Shown: piece by piece, positions 11,029-18,683 of the stretch | Layout of the letters: every line of letters starts with the position of its first letter | How positions within the stretch are numbered: position 1 is the stretch's first letter | Origin: Betaproteobacteria bacterium RIFCSPLOWO2_02_FULL_67_26 | GTDB lineage: Bacteria; Pseudomonadota; Gammaproteobacteria; Burkholderiales; SG8-41 | Direction of reading: 5' to 3' | DNA: 64,000 bases | NCBI GenBank assembly: GCA_001771935.1 | Contig: MERD01000039.1 | Location: forward strand, 31,764 to 95,763 | Notes under the pieces: model-generated | The model's input: only the letters and a program-made list of their open reading frames with translations | What the model was told of the DNA's origin: nothing | Databases searched by the model: none | Position numbers and translations under genes: made by a program

Positions 11029-11304
11029 ATGCCCGCCGTTTACGTCAACCTGCGCGAGCGCAGCCTGCCGGAGCGCATCCTCTTTGCGATACTGGTGCTG
11101 GCGGTGCTGGTGCTCGGGTTCTTTTTCCTCGCTGCGGCGCTGGTCGCGGGGGCCATGCTCGCGGGCGTAATCCTGTTCCGCTTCTGGTGGCTCAAACGCA
11201 GGTTGAAGAAAGCGTCAGAAGCGGAATTCATCACCACGGAATACCGGGTCGTCGAGCGCGAGCCGCCGCCGGCGCCGGGCTTGCCCCGCGATAAGGAAGC
11301 CTGA
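11029..11304 (+). CDS. small membrane protein (two hydrophobic segments), function unknown
   Basis: ORF 11029..11304. ILFAILVLAVLVLGFFFLAAALVAGAMLAGVILFRFWWL. Starts 8 nt after the NYN gene stop. Confidence 0.5.
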   Translation: MPAVYVNLRERSLPERILFAILVLAVLVLGFFFLAAALVAGAMLAGVILFRFWWLKRRLKKASEAEFITTEYRVVEREPPPAPGLPRDKEA

Positions 11305-11307
11305 TCT

Positions 11308-11706
11308 TCACTGCTTCTTGCTCTCCGCATCGAAGCGCTGCAGCTGCTGCTGGCTTTGGCGCTGCGCTTTCTCCCGCTCCATCCGCTCTTTCGCGCGGCG
11401 CGTGCCCTCGTCATCCGCCGGCTGCGCAGTGGGCGGCTCGATCTGCTGCCGATAGTGCATTTGCTGCTGTTGGGCCTGCTGATTGAGCTGCAGCTGCTCG
11501 ACGGCGTGCTTCTGGCGCGCGTCCGCGGAGGGATTTTTCTGGACGCCGCGCTGTTGCTGCTGCATGCGCAACTGCAGGGAATCCTGCTGCTGCTGCCGTT
11601 GCAGCTGGTGCTGATGTAACGAGCGCGCACCCGGGTCTTCCGCGGCCCATGCAAAGTGAGCCGCAAGCAGCGCCCACCCGGCAGACAAGCCAAGAATGCT
11701 TCTCAC
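11308..11706 (-). CDS. secreted glutamine-rich protein, function unknown
   Basis: ORF 11308..11706. Signal-peptide-like N-terminus MRSILGLSAGWALLAAHFAWA, then Q-rich low-complexity sequence. Confidence 0.5.
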   Translation of the reverse strand: MRSILGLSAGWALLAAHFAWAAEDPGARSLHQHQLQRQQQQDSLQLRMQQQQRGVQKNPSADARQKHAVEQLQLNQQAQQQQMHYRQQIEPPTAQPADDEGTRRAKERMEREKAQRQSQQQLQRFDAESKKQ

Positions 11707-11862
11707 TGGCGCCCCCTATGTCTCATGGAACGGAAATTGCGAGACGTTAAGGCAGGAAGCGGCTAGAGAGTAATCTGGAGATACCAAAGGTCATTGGATT
11801 CAGTGGGTTGAGACAAAAGTGCACGGATCCTGCCCGAGATCAGCGACACCAGAGCGCCAGAC

Positions 11863-12126
11863 ATGACGACATTTGAACAGTGGCGGTCACCTTCCAGCCG
11901 GTTAACCGGGACCCGGATCGAGCGCAAGCCCAGCAAATACGACATCCGGGTAGTGGACCAGTTCTACACCTATTGCCGGGCGGTCTCCAGCACCGATGCG
12001 CATCGGGAAGACGCTGCGCGGTCGCAACGCGACATGAGGCGCAACCTCTGGACGATACTGATCACCGGCGCCTTTTTCTGCTACTACCTCGTGGAGCGCG
12101 TGGCGCAGGCGATGTCGTTGTACTAG
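11863..12126 (+). CDS. small protein with one C-terminal TM segment (paralog of 17824..18018)
   Basis: ORF 11863..12126, in a locally AT-richer spacer. The C-terminus NLWTILITGAFFCYYLVERVAQAMSLY aligns with the second small ORF. Confidence 0.45.
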   Translation: MTTFEQWRSPSSRLTGTRIERKPSKYDIRVVDQFYTYCRAVSSTDAHREDAARSQRDMRRNLWTILITGAFFCYYLVERVAQAMSLY

Positions 12127-12132
12127 CCACGG

Positions 12133-13932
12133 TCAACCCTGGGGCCTGAGCGACAGCCCGGCCAGGCCTGAAGCAAATTCGACGATCTCCCGCGCGGCAA
12201 GCGGCGGGCTCACGTATTCCCCCTGGATGCGCTCGCAGCCGAGGGTCGACAGCGCCAGCGCGGTCTCGGCGTCCGCCACGCCTTCAGCCGTCATGCGCAG
12301 CCCGAGATCCCGGGCCAGGTGGACCAGCGAACGGACGATCTTCCCCTGGAGCGGCGCGCTCCGCATTTCAGTTACGAACACCCCGGCAAGTTTCATCTCG
12401 TCGAACGGCAGTTGCGCCAGGTTGCCGAGAGACGACGCAGCGGTACCGAAGCCGTCGATCCCGAGCCGCAGCCCATGCGCCTTGAGGCGCCCGAGCGTCG
12501 CCTTCACCGGGTCGATCTCACCGGCGAGCGCCGACTCGTGGATCTCGATCACCACCCGGTTGGGCGAAACCCCCCAGGTACGGAGCGCGCGGCCCATGAA
12601 TTCCGGAAAATCCGGCTGCAGCAGGCCGCTCGCCGATACCTTCAGGCTCATCGGCACCTGGAGCCCGGCGCGCGTGAATTCCGCGCATTGGCGCAGGGCG
12701 TTATTCAGTATCCACCACGTCACCTCCCGGATCAGCCCGGACGATTCGGCCGTTTCCATCGCGCGCGCTTCGGACACCTTGCCGAGTTCCTGGTCCGTCC
12801 AGCGCAACATGCACTCGAGACCACCGATATGGCCGGATTTCATGTCGAGCTGCGGCTCGAACGCCAGCTCGAGCTCGCCCTCGTCGAGGGCATGCCGCAG
12901 CCGCGCTTCGTACCGCACCTTGAGCTCTTCGCCTTCGCCCTGCGCCGGGTCGTAAATTGCGCTCCGGTCCGCCGAACCACGGGCGGCGCGCACCGCGAGC
13001 TTGCCGTTGCGGACCAGCGTCTGCTGGTCCTCTCCATGCTCCGGGTACATCGCGATGCCGATCACCGCATCCGGGGTGAATGAGCGGTCGCCGATCGGGA
13101 CCGGCGCTTCCAGCGTGCCCAGGATCTTGTTCGCGGCGAGTATCGCCACGCCCTCGCCCGCGATGCGCGGCAGCAGGCACGCCAGCTGGTCGCGGCTCAC
13201 CCGACCCAGCTGGTCCTGCTTGCGCAGCACCCCCTCGCGCATGCGTCGCGTGATCCGCAGCATGAACGCCTCGCCCTTCTGCAACCCGAGCAGGCGGTCC
13301 ACCTGCTCGACCTTCGCAATCTGGATCAGGAGCAGCCCGAGCTGCTTGCCTTCCTGCTTGTGGGCCTCGATCGTCGTGCGGAAGATCTCCATGAACGCCG
13401 CGTATTCGGGCGTCGGCAGCGTGCGCACCACGCCGCCGCCTTCCTGGCTGCGCGCCGCGAGGGACGCGAGCAGCGCAAGTTGCAGGAAGTTGAATCGCTG
13501 GAGGGCGATGAGACTCTCGGCGCATCGCTCCGGGTCCGCGGCCTGCAAGCGCAGCACCCCGTGCGTCATCGCCGCCTGGAAGCGCTGACAATCGCGCCGC
13601 ATGCGCTCGATCGGTTCGCTTTCGGCATCCAGTGCCCATTCGCCCAACGCGACGTAGATGGGCTCGACGTTCCCGCCGCCCGAGGCCTGGGTTTCCGTGA
13701 ACGCGGGGATGAGCGCCCCGGCGGCCGGCACGAGCAGGTCCGGAGCCTGATCGCGCACTTCCCCAAACACCGATGCGACGCGGGCGAGGGTGTCGGGACC
13801 AGCGCCGAATTCCTCCGCGAGGCGCCCGGCCAGCGCCCGCAGGCCAACCCCCGATTCGGCATCCGGCGCGGAAGCCGACGCCGGATCCGGCGCGTCCAGC
13901 GCGCTATCCGAGGAAGAATTCGGACGGGTCAA
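12133..13932 (-). CDS. GGDEF-EAL domain protein with both signature motifs degenerate
   Basis: ORF 12133..13932. GGDEF position reads RVSRDQLACLL. EAL domain is recognisable (ELAFEPQ, GLECMLRW, VVIEIHES, GIDGFGTAASS, AEGVA, QGEY) but deviates at several catalytic positions. Confidence 0.8.
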   Translation of the reverse strand: MTRPNSSSDSALDAPDPASASAPDAESGVGLRALAGRLAEEFGAGPDTLARVASVFGEVRDQAPDLLVPAAGALIPAFTETQASGGGNVEPIYVALGEWALDAESEPIERMRRDCQRFQAAMTHGVLRLQAADPERCAESLIALQRFNFLQLALLASLAARSQEGGGVVRTLPTPEYAAFMEIFRTTIEAHKQEGKQLGLLLIQIAKVEQVDRLLGLQKGEAFMLRITRRMREGVLRKQDQLGRVSRDQLACLLPRIAGEGVAILAANKILGTLEAPVPIGDRSFTPDAVIGIAMYPEHGEDQQTLVRNGKLAVRAARGSADRSAIYDPAQGEGEELKVRYEARLRHALDEGELELAFEPQLDMKSGHIGGLECMLRWTDQELGKVSEARAMETAESSGLIREVTWWILNNALRQCAEFTRAGLQVPMSLKVSASGLLQPDFPEFMGRALRTWGVSPNRVVIEIHESALAGEIDPVKATLGRLKAHGLRLGIDGFGTAASSLGNLAQLPFDEMKLAGVFVTEMRSAPLQGKIVRSLVHLARDLGLRMTAEGVADAETALALSTLGCERIQGEYVSPPLAAREIVEFASGLAGLSLRPQG

Positions 13933-15133
13933 TGGGGACGCTGCCCTTCTCCAGCGTGCGCTTGATGCGGTACGGCAGGTCCGGTGCGGCCTTCGGATCC
14001 CGCGACAGGTCGAGGATCTTCTGCGGCCGCAGCTGGTTGCCCTTGTCGTCGAGCACCACCATGACGCGCGGCTGGAGCCGCCGCGCCACGTTTTGCGCGA
14101 TCACGATCCCGGTCTCGCCGGTGTTCATCTCGACGATCGCGCCCACTGGATAGATCCCGATGCACTGGATGAACTGCTCGACCAACGGACCGTCGAACAG
14201 GGTATCGCGCCACCCGTAGAGCAGGCTGAGCGCGTTCGAGGGCGCGAGCGCCTCGCCGTACGGACGGGGGTGCGTCAGCGCATCGAAGCAGTCAATGAGT
14301 CCCGCAATGACGCCGAACAGCCCGATCTCCTGCCCCTTCAGGCGCCGCGGATAGCCGCTGCCATCGTAGCGCTCGTGGTGCAGGGACGCCAGCGCCGGAA
14401 GCTGGGGAGGGAGGCCGGGACTTTCCTTCAGGATCGTGGCCGAGTGCCCGACGTGCGCTTTGCAGGCCTCGAGCTCGGCGTCGGTCAGGGGCTGCGTCTT
14501 GTTCAGCAGATCGGCGGGCAGCCGCACTTTTCCCACGTCCTGCAGCAATCCGACCATGCCGAGAAGATCCAGCTGATCGCGCGGCAACTGCAGGAAGCGG
14601 CCGAACGTGATCATGTAGATGGAGACGCCGACCGCGCGATCGAGGGTGTGCTCGCCTTTCTCCTTCAGCTTGGCGAGCAGGAGCATCGCGTCGGGATTGC
14701 GCACGACGCTGTCCGTCATGTTGGTCACCGCTTCCTTCACCCGGGGCGCGTCGATCGCCTTGCCCGCCTCGATGGTGTAGAGCATATGCTTGAGGACCGT
14801 CTCGGTCTTCTGCTGGGCCTGCCGCGCGCGCGGAAGCTCCTGGTCGACGCTGACCTGCTCTTCGTACTTGACCTTGTTCTCGATGCTTGCCAGCACGCTC
14901 GCCGGCTTCGGGCCGTCCCCGGCGGCGCGTTTGCGCAGCCGCGGATCATCCAGGTCGGGGCCTTTCTCGAGGTCGATGATGACCTTCTTGCAGTGCTTCT
15001 TCAGCACCTCCAGCTGCTTGTCGTTGTCGAGAATGAATCCCTGAAACATGAACGGCGTTTCGGTCCAGGGCCGGTCGAGCTCGGCGATGTACACGCCAAA
15101 CTGCAGCTCTTCGACGGATACCTGTTTTCTCAT
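13904..15133 (-). CDS. HD-GYP domain protein (HD dyad reads QD)
   Basis: ORF 13904..15244. HHERYDGSGYP is present, while LLQDVGKV replaces the usual HDxGK. Start taken at ATG 15133 (MRKQVSVEELQFGVYIAELDRPW). 29-nt overlap with the next gene. Confidence 0.8.
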   Translation of the reverse strand: MRKQVSVEELQFGVYIAELDRPWTETPFMFQGFILDNDKQLEVLKKHCKKVIIDLEKGPDLDDPRLRKRAAGDGPKPASVLASIENKVKYEEQVSVDQELPRARQAQQKTETVLKHMLYTIEAGKAIDAPRVKEAVTNMTDSVVRNPDAMLLLAKLKEKGEHTLDRAVGVSIYMITFGRFLQLPRDQLDLLGMVGLLQDVGKVRLPADLLNKTQPLTDAELEACKAHVGHSATILKESPGLPPQLPALASLHHERYDGSGYPRRLKGQEIGLFGVIAGLIDCFDALTHPRPYGEALAPSNALSLLYGWRDTLFDGPLVEQFIQCIGIYPVGAIVEMNTGETGIVIAQNVARRLQPRVMVVLDDKGNQLRPQKILDLSRDPKAAPDLPYRIKRTLEKGSVPIDPSEFFLG

Positions 15134-15233
15134 GGCGGCGGTGTTGGCCCCGCGGCGGCGGTGCCCGCGGCGGAAACTGGTGATTTTCCTTCCTGCCGGG
15201 GCCGCTTGCAAGCGGTTCCGCCGGAAGGCGATA

Positions 15234-16001
15234 TCAGAATTCAAACACGTGGTTGTTCTGCAGCAAACGCGGCTGCGGGCTCGCGGAAAGCTCCTCGATT
15301 TCCAGCATCGTCAGCTCGATTTCGCTGGGCTTCAAGTGGGTGATGTAGACCTCCGCCGGACGCTGCAGCTTGGCCAGTTCCTCGCCCAGCATGGATGGGC
15401 ACAGGTGCAGGGCCAGCTCGGCCAGCTTGCGGTCCTTGTCGGAGAACGCGGTCTCGATGATGAGGTACTTGAGGTTCTCGATCCGGTTGACGACGCCCCA
15501 CAGTGCGTCGTTCGGCCCGGTGTCACCGGTGAAGACCAGGCTCGCCTTTCCACTGTCGAGCTGGTAACCCACCGCGGGGACGGTATGGATCGCGGGCAAT
15601 ACCGTGATCTTCCGGCCATTGAGGGTGATCACCTTTCCCACCTCGATTTCCTCATACCGCAGCCACGGCTGCTCGGGCGTGGGGATCTGGGTGAAATCCG
15701 GCCAGATGTCCCAGTTGAACAGGTTCTTCCGGAGGATCTCGATCGTGGCGCCCTGCGCGTATACGGTGACGGGTTTCGGCCGAAGTGCGCCGACCGAGTC
15801 CAGGAAGAATGCGATGGAGTCGACGTGGTCGAGGTGCGAATGGGTGACGAAGATATGGTCGATCAGCGTCAGCTCGGCGAGCGAAAGGTCGCCGACGCCG
15901 GTGCCCGCGTCGATGAGGATATCCTGGTCGACCAGGAACGAAGTGGTCCGGTTGTGGTGACCGCCGATGCTGCCGGAACACCCGAGTACCCGCAGGCGCA
16001 T
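15234..16001 (-). CDS. class II 3',5'-cyclic-nucleotide phosphodiesterase (metallo-beta-lactamase fold)
   Basis: ORF 15234..16001. MRLRVLGCSGSIGG... and the class II signature THSHLDHV. No signal peptide. Confidence 0.7.
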   Translation of the reverse strand: MRLRVLGCSGSIGGHHNRTTSFLVDQDILIDAGTGVGDLSLAELTLIDHIFVTHSHLDHVDSIAFFLDSVGALRPKPVTVYAQGATIEILRKNLFNWDIWPDFTQIPTPEQPWLRYEEIEVGKVITLNGRKITVLPAIHTVPAVGYQLDSGKASLVFTGDTGPNDALWGVVNRIENLKYLIIETAFSDKDRKLAELALHLCPSMLGEELAKLQRPAEVYITHLKPSEIELTMLEIEELSASPQPRLLQNNHVFEF

Positions 16002-16217
16002 CGCCGCTCCCGCGCCTACTTCACGCCGAAAGCGGTAATGCCGTCCCCGCGTGCGGGGGACGCATGCGGGATATCCAGGACAGGTTCTGCCCCGTGCCGG
16101 TCCAAGTCGTCATCGGGGTTCACTGCCTGCTGCCTCATGCCACACCATTCCATATAACCTGCGATTATTTTACTTTATAGGGATAAATCAAGCGTTTCAA
16201 GGTCAAATTGCGCATCA

Positions 16218-16625
16218 TCATCGTTTTTCGAGCTTCCCCTGCATGCGCTGATCGAATCGCTCCACGTTGATAATCAGCCGCTCGTGCACGCCCTCCCCGA
16301 TCTTCTCCCGTTCGTCCTCGGCGTGTATCCTGAACGTCAGCGTGCGTCCCTGGATGCTCACCAGTTCCGCATGCGCGCGCACGCGCAACCCGACCGGCGT
16401 TGCCGCGAAATGCTTCACGTCAAGGTGCGTGCCCACGGTCTGATGTCCCGGCGGCATGAACTTCTCGACGGCCTGCAATGCCGCCGCTTCCATGAGATTC
16501 ACCATGATGGGCGTCGCCAGCACCCCGATCTTGCCGCTGCCCACGTGCGGCGCGGTGTCGCGCGTGCCGACGACGATCTCGCACGTGCCGCTCAGACCGG
16601 GCTTCAGTTGCTCTGACAAATCCAT
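16218..16625 (-). CDS. hotdog-fold thioesterase (FlK-like)
   Basis: ORF 16218..16625. 135 aa. VGSGKIGVLATPIMVNLMEAAA...HLDVKHFAATPVG is typical of small acyl-CoA thioesterases. Confidence 0.7.
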   Translation of the reverse strand: MDLSEQLKPGLSGTCEIVVGTRDTAPHVGSGKIGVLATPIMVNLMEAAALQAVEKFMPPGHQTVGTHLDVKHFAATPVGLRVRAHAELVSIQGRTLTFRIHAEDEREKIGEGVHERLIINVERFDQRMQGKLEKR

Positions 16626-16643
16626 CGCGGGAACCGGGGGCGT

Positions 16644-16943
16644 CTAGACGATGCGCTCGAGCGGCAGCTGAAACAGGCGGATGCGGTCGTCGGGCCGCTT
16701 GATGACCTGATTGGCCGCGGTGATCGCCTTCGTCAGGGCCTCGAGGGGGCCATCGTCCCGGAATCCGATCATCATCACCGAGTTCGTGCTGGCAAAGCTC
16801 CCGGTGCCCAGGTGCGGCTCCGTGCCCTGGCCTTTGCCGTGCGCTCCGTCCCAGCGCGTGTAGTAATCGATGCCGGCCTCGTGCAGCAGCGTCATCACTT
16901 GCGTCTTGTAGTATTCGTTATGGACGATAAAGGTCATCTTCAT
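16644..16943 (-). CDS. small alpha/beta protein, possibly P-II-like fold; function unknown
   Basis: ORF 16644..16943. 99 aa, MKMTFIVHNEYYKTQVMTLLHEAGIDYYTRWDG... 18 nt upstream of the thioesterase gene. Confidence 0.4.
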   Translation of the reverse strand: MKMTFIVHNEYYKTQVMTLLHEAGIDYYTRWDGAHGKGQGTEPHLGTGSFASTNSVMMIGFRDDGPLEALTKAITAANQVIKRPDDRIRLFQLPLERIV

Positions 16944-17141
16944 GTCGTTGCTCCCGGTGATCAGATTGGACGCAGTTTAAAGTCCGGCGTGACCCTGGGA
17001 TTGATTTGTGTCGATCGGGCCGCAACTTGTTGTTTTGCTGAACGTCCCCCGCCCGGAATAGTAACCTGTTAATGCTTGTTTACGGGCTGCCGATGCAACC
17101 TTGGGAATATCATGGTCAATGAACCGGTAACGGAGGCCCCG

Positions 17142-17606
17142 ATGTGGATCTGGTCGAAATTCATGCTCCTTGCGCTCGCCGCCAGCCTGGCGATGGCGCC
17201 GATCACGGCATCGGCCGTGGACACGACGCCGGAGCCCGCGCCCTCGCCCGAAATCGCCGCCGGCAAGAGGGCGATCGAGGCGCGGGACTGGGAGGCTGCG
17301 ATCAAGTCGCTCACGGCCGCTGCCCAGCGCGAACCTCGCAACGCCGACATCCAGAACCTGCTCGGCTACGCCTATCGCAACACCGGTCAGCTGGAAGCCG
17401 CGTTCAGGCATTATAGGCAAGCGCTGCAGATCGACCCGCGCCACCTCGGTGCGCATGAATATATCGGCGAAGCCTATTTGATGGCCAACAATCTGGCCAA
17501 GGCCGAGGAGCACCTGGCCGCGCTCAAGAGATTCTGTCTCGGCGTGTGCGTCGAACGCGATGACTTGAGCAACAAGATTGCGACCTATCGGGCCCAGGCC
17601 AAATAG
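17142..17606 (+). CDS. secreted TPR-repeat protein
   Basis: ORF 17076..17606. Start ATG 17142 gives the signal peptide MWIWSKFMLLALAASLAMAPITASA. TPR units NLLGYAYRNTGQLEAAFRHYRQALQIDP and HEYIGEAYLMANNLAKAEEHL. Confidence 0.7.
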   Translation: MWIWSKFMLLALAASLAMAPITASAVDTTPEPAPSPEIAAGKRAIEARDWEAAIKSLTAAAQREPRNADIQNLLGYAYRNTGQLEAAFRHYRQALQIDPRHLGAHEYIGEAYLMANNLAKAEEHLAALKRFCLGVCVERDDLSNKIATYRAQAK

Positions 17607-17823
17607 CCGGGGCTGGATGCAGGAACACCTTGGCCCACATTGATATAACCTTTAAGTCTACAAATTTATCGCCTATTTACCGGAATCCGGTACCGACGGC
17701 CTGAATCCTCACAAAACGATAGGATTCTGTGGTTTATAAGCGACTCTTAATGTTGAATTGAGGACGTGCTTTTGATAGCGTGAATGCCCCACAAATCGTG
17801 GCAGCAACGGAGCGGGACAGACC

Positions 17824-18018
17824 TTGGTGGAACTACGGTCACTTGCCGACTTGCAAAGCTACACGCAGGAACTTGCCGCCCGACGGGTGGAAGATGATCC
17901 TGTCGTCCGAAATTGGATCCTGGCAAAACAGACGACCTGGCTGTCGATGCTGACTGGGGCATACCTCTGCTTTTACCTGATGGATTCGCTGCACGAGGCC
18001 TTGTCCATACTGATCTAG
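17824..18018 (+). CDS. small protein with one C-terminal TM segment (paralog of 11863..12126)
   Basis: ORF 17824..18018 (TTG 17824 or GTG 17827 start), in an AT-rich spacer. Followed by a perfect terminator. The C-terminus TTWLSMLTGAYLCFYLMDSLHEALSILI aligns with the first small ORF. Confidence 0.4.
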   Translation: MVELRSLADLQSYTQELAARRVEDDPVVRNWILAKQTTWLSMLTGAYLCFYLMDSLHEALSILI

Positions 18019-18041
18019 CCGCCATCACGCCGGCGTCAGCC

Positions 18042-18069
18042 AAAAGGCTTGCGATATCGCAAGCCTTTT
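18042..18069 (+). terminator. rho-independent terminator
   Basis: The perfect palindrome AAAAGGCTTGCGATATCGCAAGCCTTTT begins 24 nt after the small ORF stop. Confidence 0.75.
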
Positions 18070-18167
18070 CCGTTTGCGGGCCGCGTCAACCCTCGATCAT
18101 CGCTCGACCTTGAATTCGGCTTCCCGGATGACCCGCGCCCGCGGGCAGTCTCAAGCTCTCATTGCCC

Positions 18168-18173
18168 TATAAT
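18168..18173 (+). promoter_or_regulatory. possible -10 box (TATAAT) for the Mo-enzyme operon
   Basis: TATAAT lies 31 nt upstream of ATG 18204. No convincing -35 box was found. AAGGAGGAG Shine-Dalgarno at 18186-18194. Confidence 0.3.
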
Positions 18174-18203
18174 TTCGGCCTACGAAAGGAGGAGCAGCCC
18201 GAA

Positions 18204-18683
18204 ATGCTGGTCAAGTTCCGCATTAACGGCGATCCAGCCGAAGTCAACCTCAAGTCCGGCGACCGCCTGCTGGTGGATGTGCTGCGGGAAGACCTGCGTC
18301 TCACCGGCACCAAGCACGGCTGCGGGATCGGCGCCTGCGGCACCTGCACCGTGATCATGGACGGCTATCCCATCGCATCCTGCCTGCAGCTCGCCGCGAT
18401 GTGCGACGGGGCGGACATCCGCACGGTCGAAGGGCTGGCGGGCACGGCCACGCTGCACCCGGTGCAGCAGGCCTTCGTGAACAAATCCGCCCTGCAATGC
18501 GGCATCTGCATCCCCGGCCACGTCATGGCGGCGTGCGCCCTGCTCGAGCGGAATCCCGCACCGACCGACGCCGAAATCCGCGCAAGCGTGGACAGCGTCT
18601 ATTGCCGCTGCACGGGGTATGTCCGCATCCTGGAAGCCTACAAGGAAGCGATTATGCTGGCCCGCAAGGCGGCCAGGAAATGA
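18204..18683 (+). CDS. (2Fe-2S)-binding small subunit, xanthine dehydrogenase/CO dehydrogenase family
   Basis: ORF 18162..18683. Start ATG 18204 follows a strong Shine-Dalgarno. Cluster motifs GCGIGACGTCTV and QCGICIPG. Confidence 0.9.
   Translation: MLVKFRINGDPAEVNLKSGDRLLVDVLREDLRLTGTKHGCGIGACGTCTVIMDGYPIASCLQLAAMCDGADIRTVEGLAGTATLHPVQQAFVNKSALQCGICIPGHVMAACALLERNPAPTDAEIRASVDSVYCRCTGYVRILEAYKEAIMLARKAARK

Noticed and set aside
11308-11706. CAG/CTG-rich DNA of the glutamine-rich ORF considered as a slippage-prone microsatellite.
   Set aside because: The longest perfect CTG run is about 12 nt and the tract is interrupted throughout. It is better explained as low-complexity coding sequence.
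16002-16217. Possible c-di-GMP or other riboswitch in the leader of the phosphodiesterase operon.
   Set aside because: The region contains an AT-rich promoter-like stretch and one GC hairpin (16048-16068). I could not match GEMM-I/II or other riboswitch consensus elements by eye, and a covariance-model scan would be needed.
18401-18679. Long N-terminal extensions offered by the ORF track: 18401 for the Mo subunit, 9420 for nfi, 22780, 32788, 33916, 45854, 25030, 43367, 48618..50522 and 30945..32630.
   Set aside because: The extensions overlap upstream genes, are low-complexity, or begin at GTG/ATG triplets inside heptamer arrays. The downstream starts have Shine-Dalgarno sequences, signal peptides or match family N-termini.
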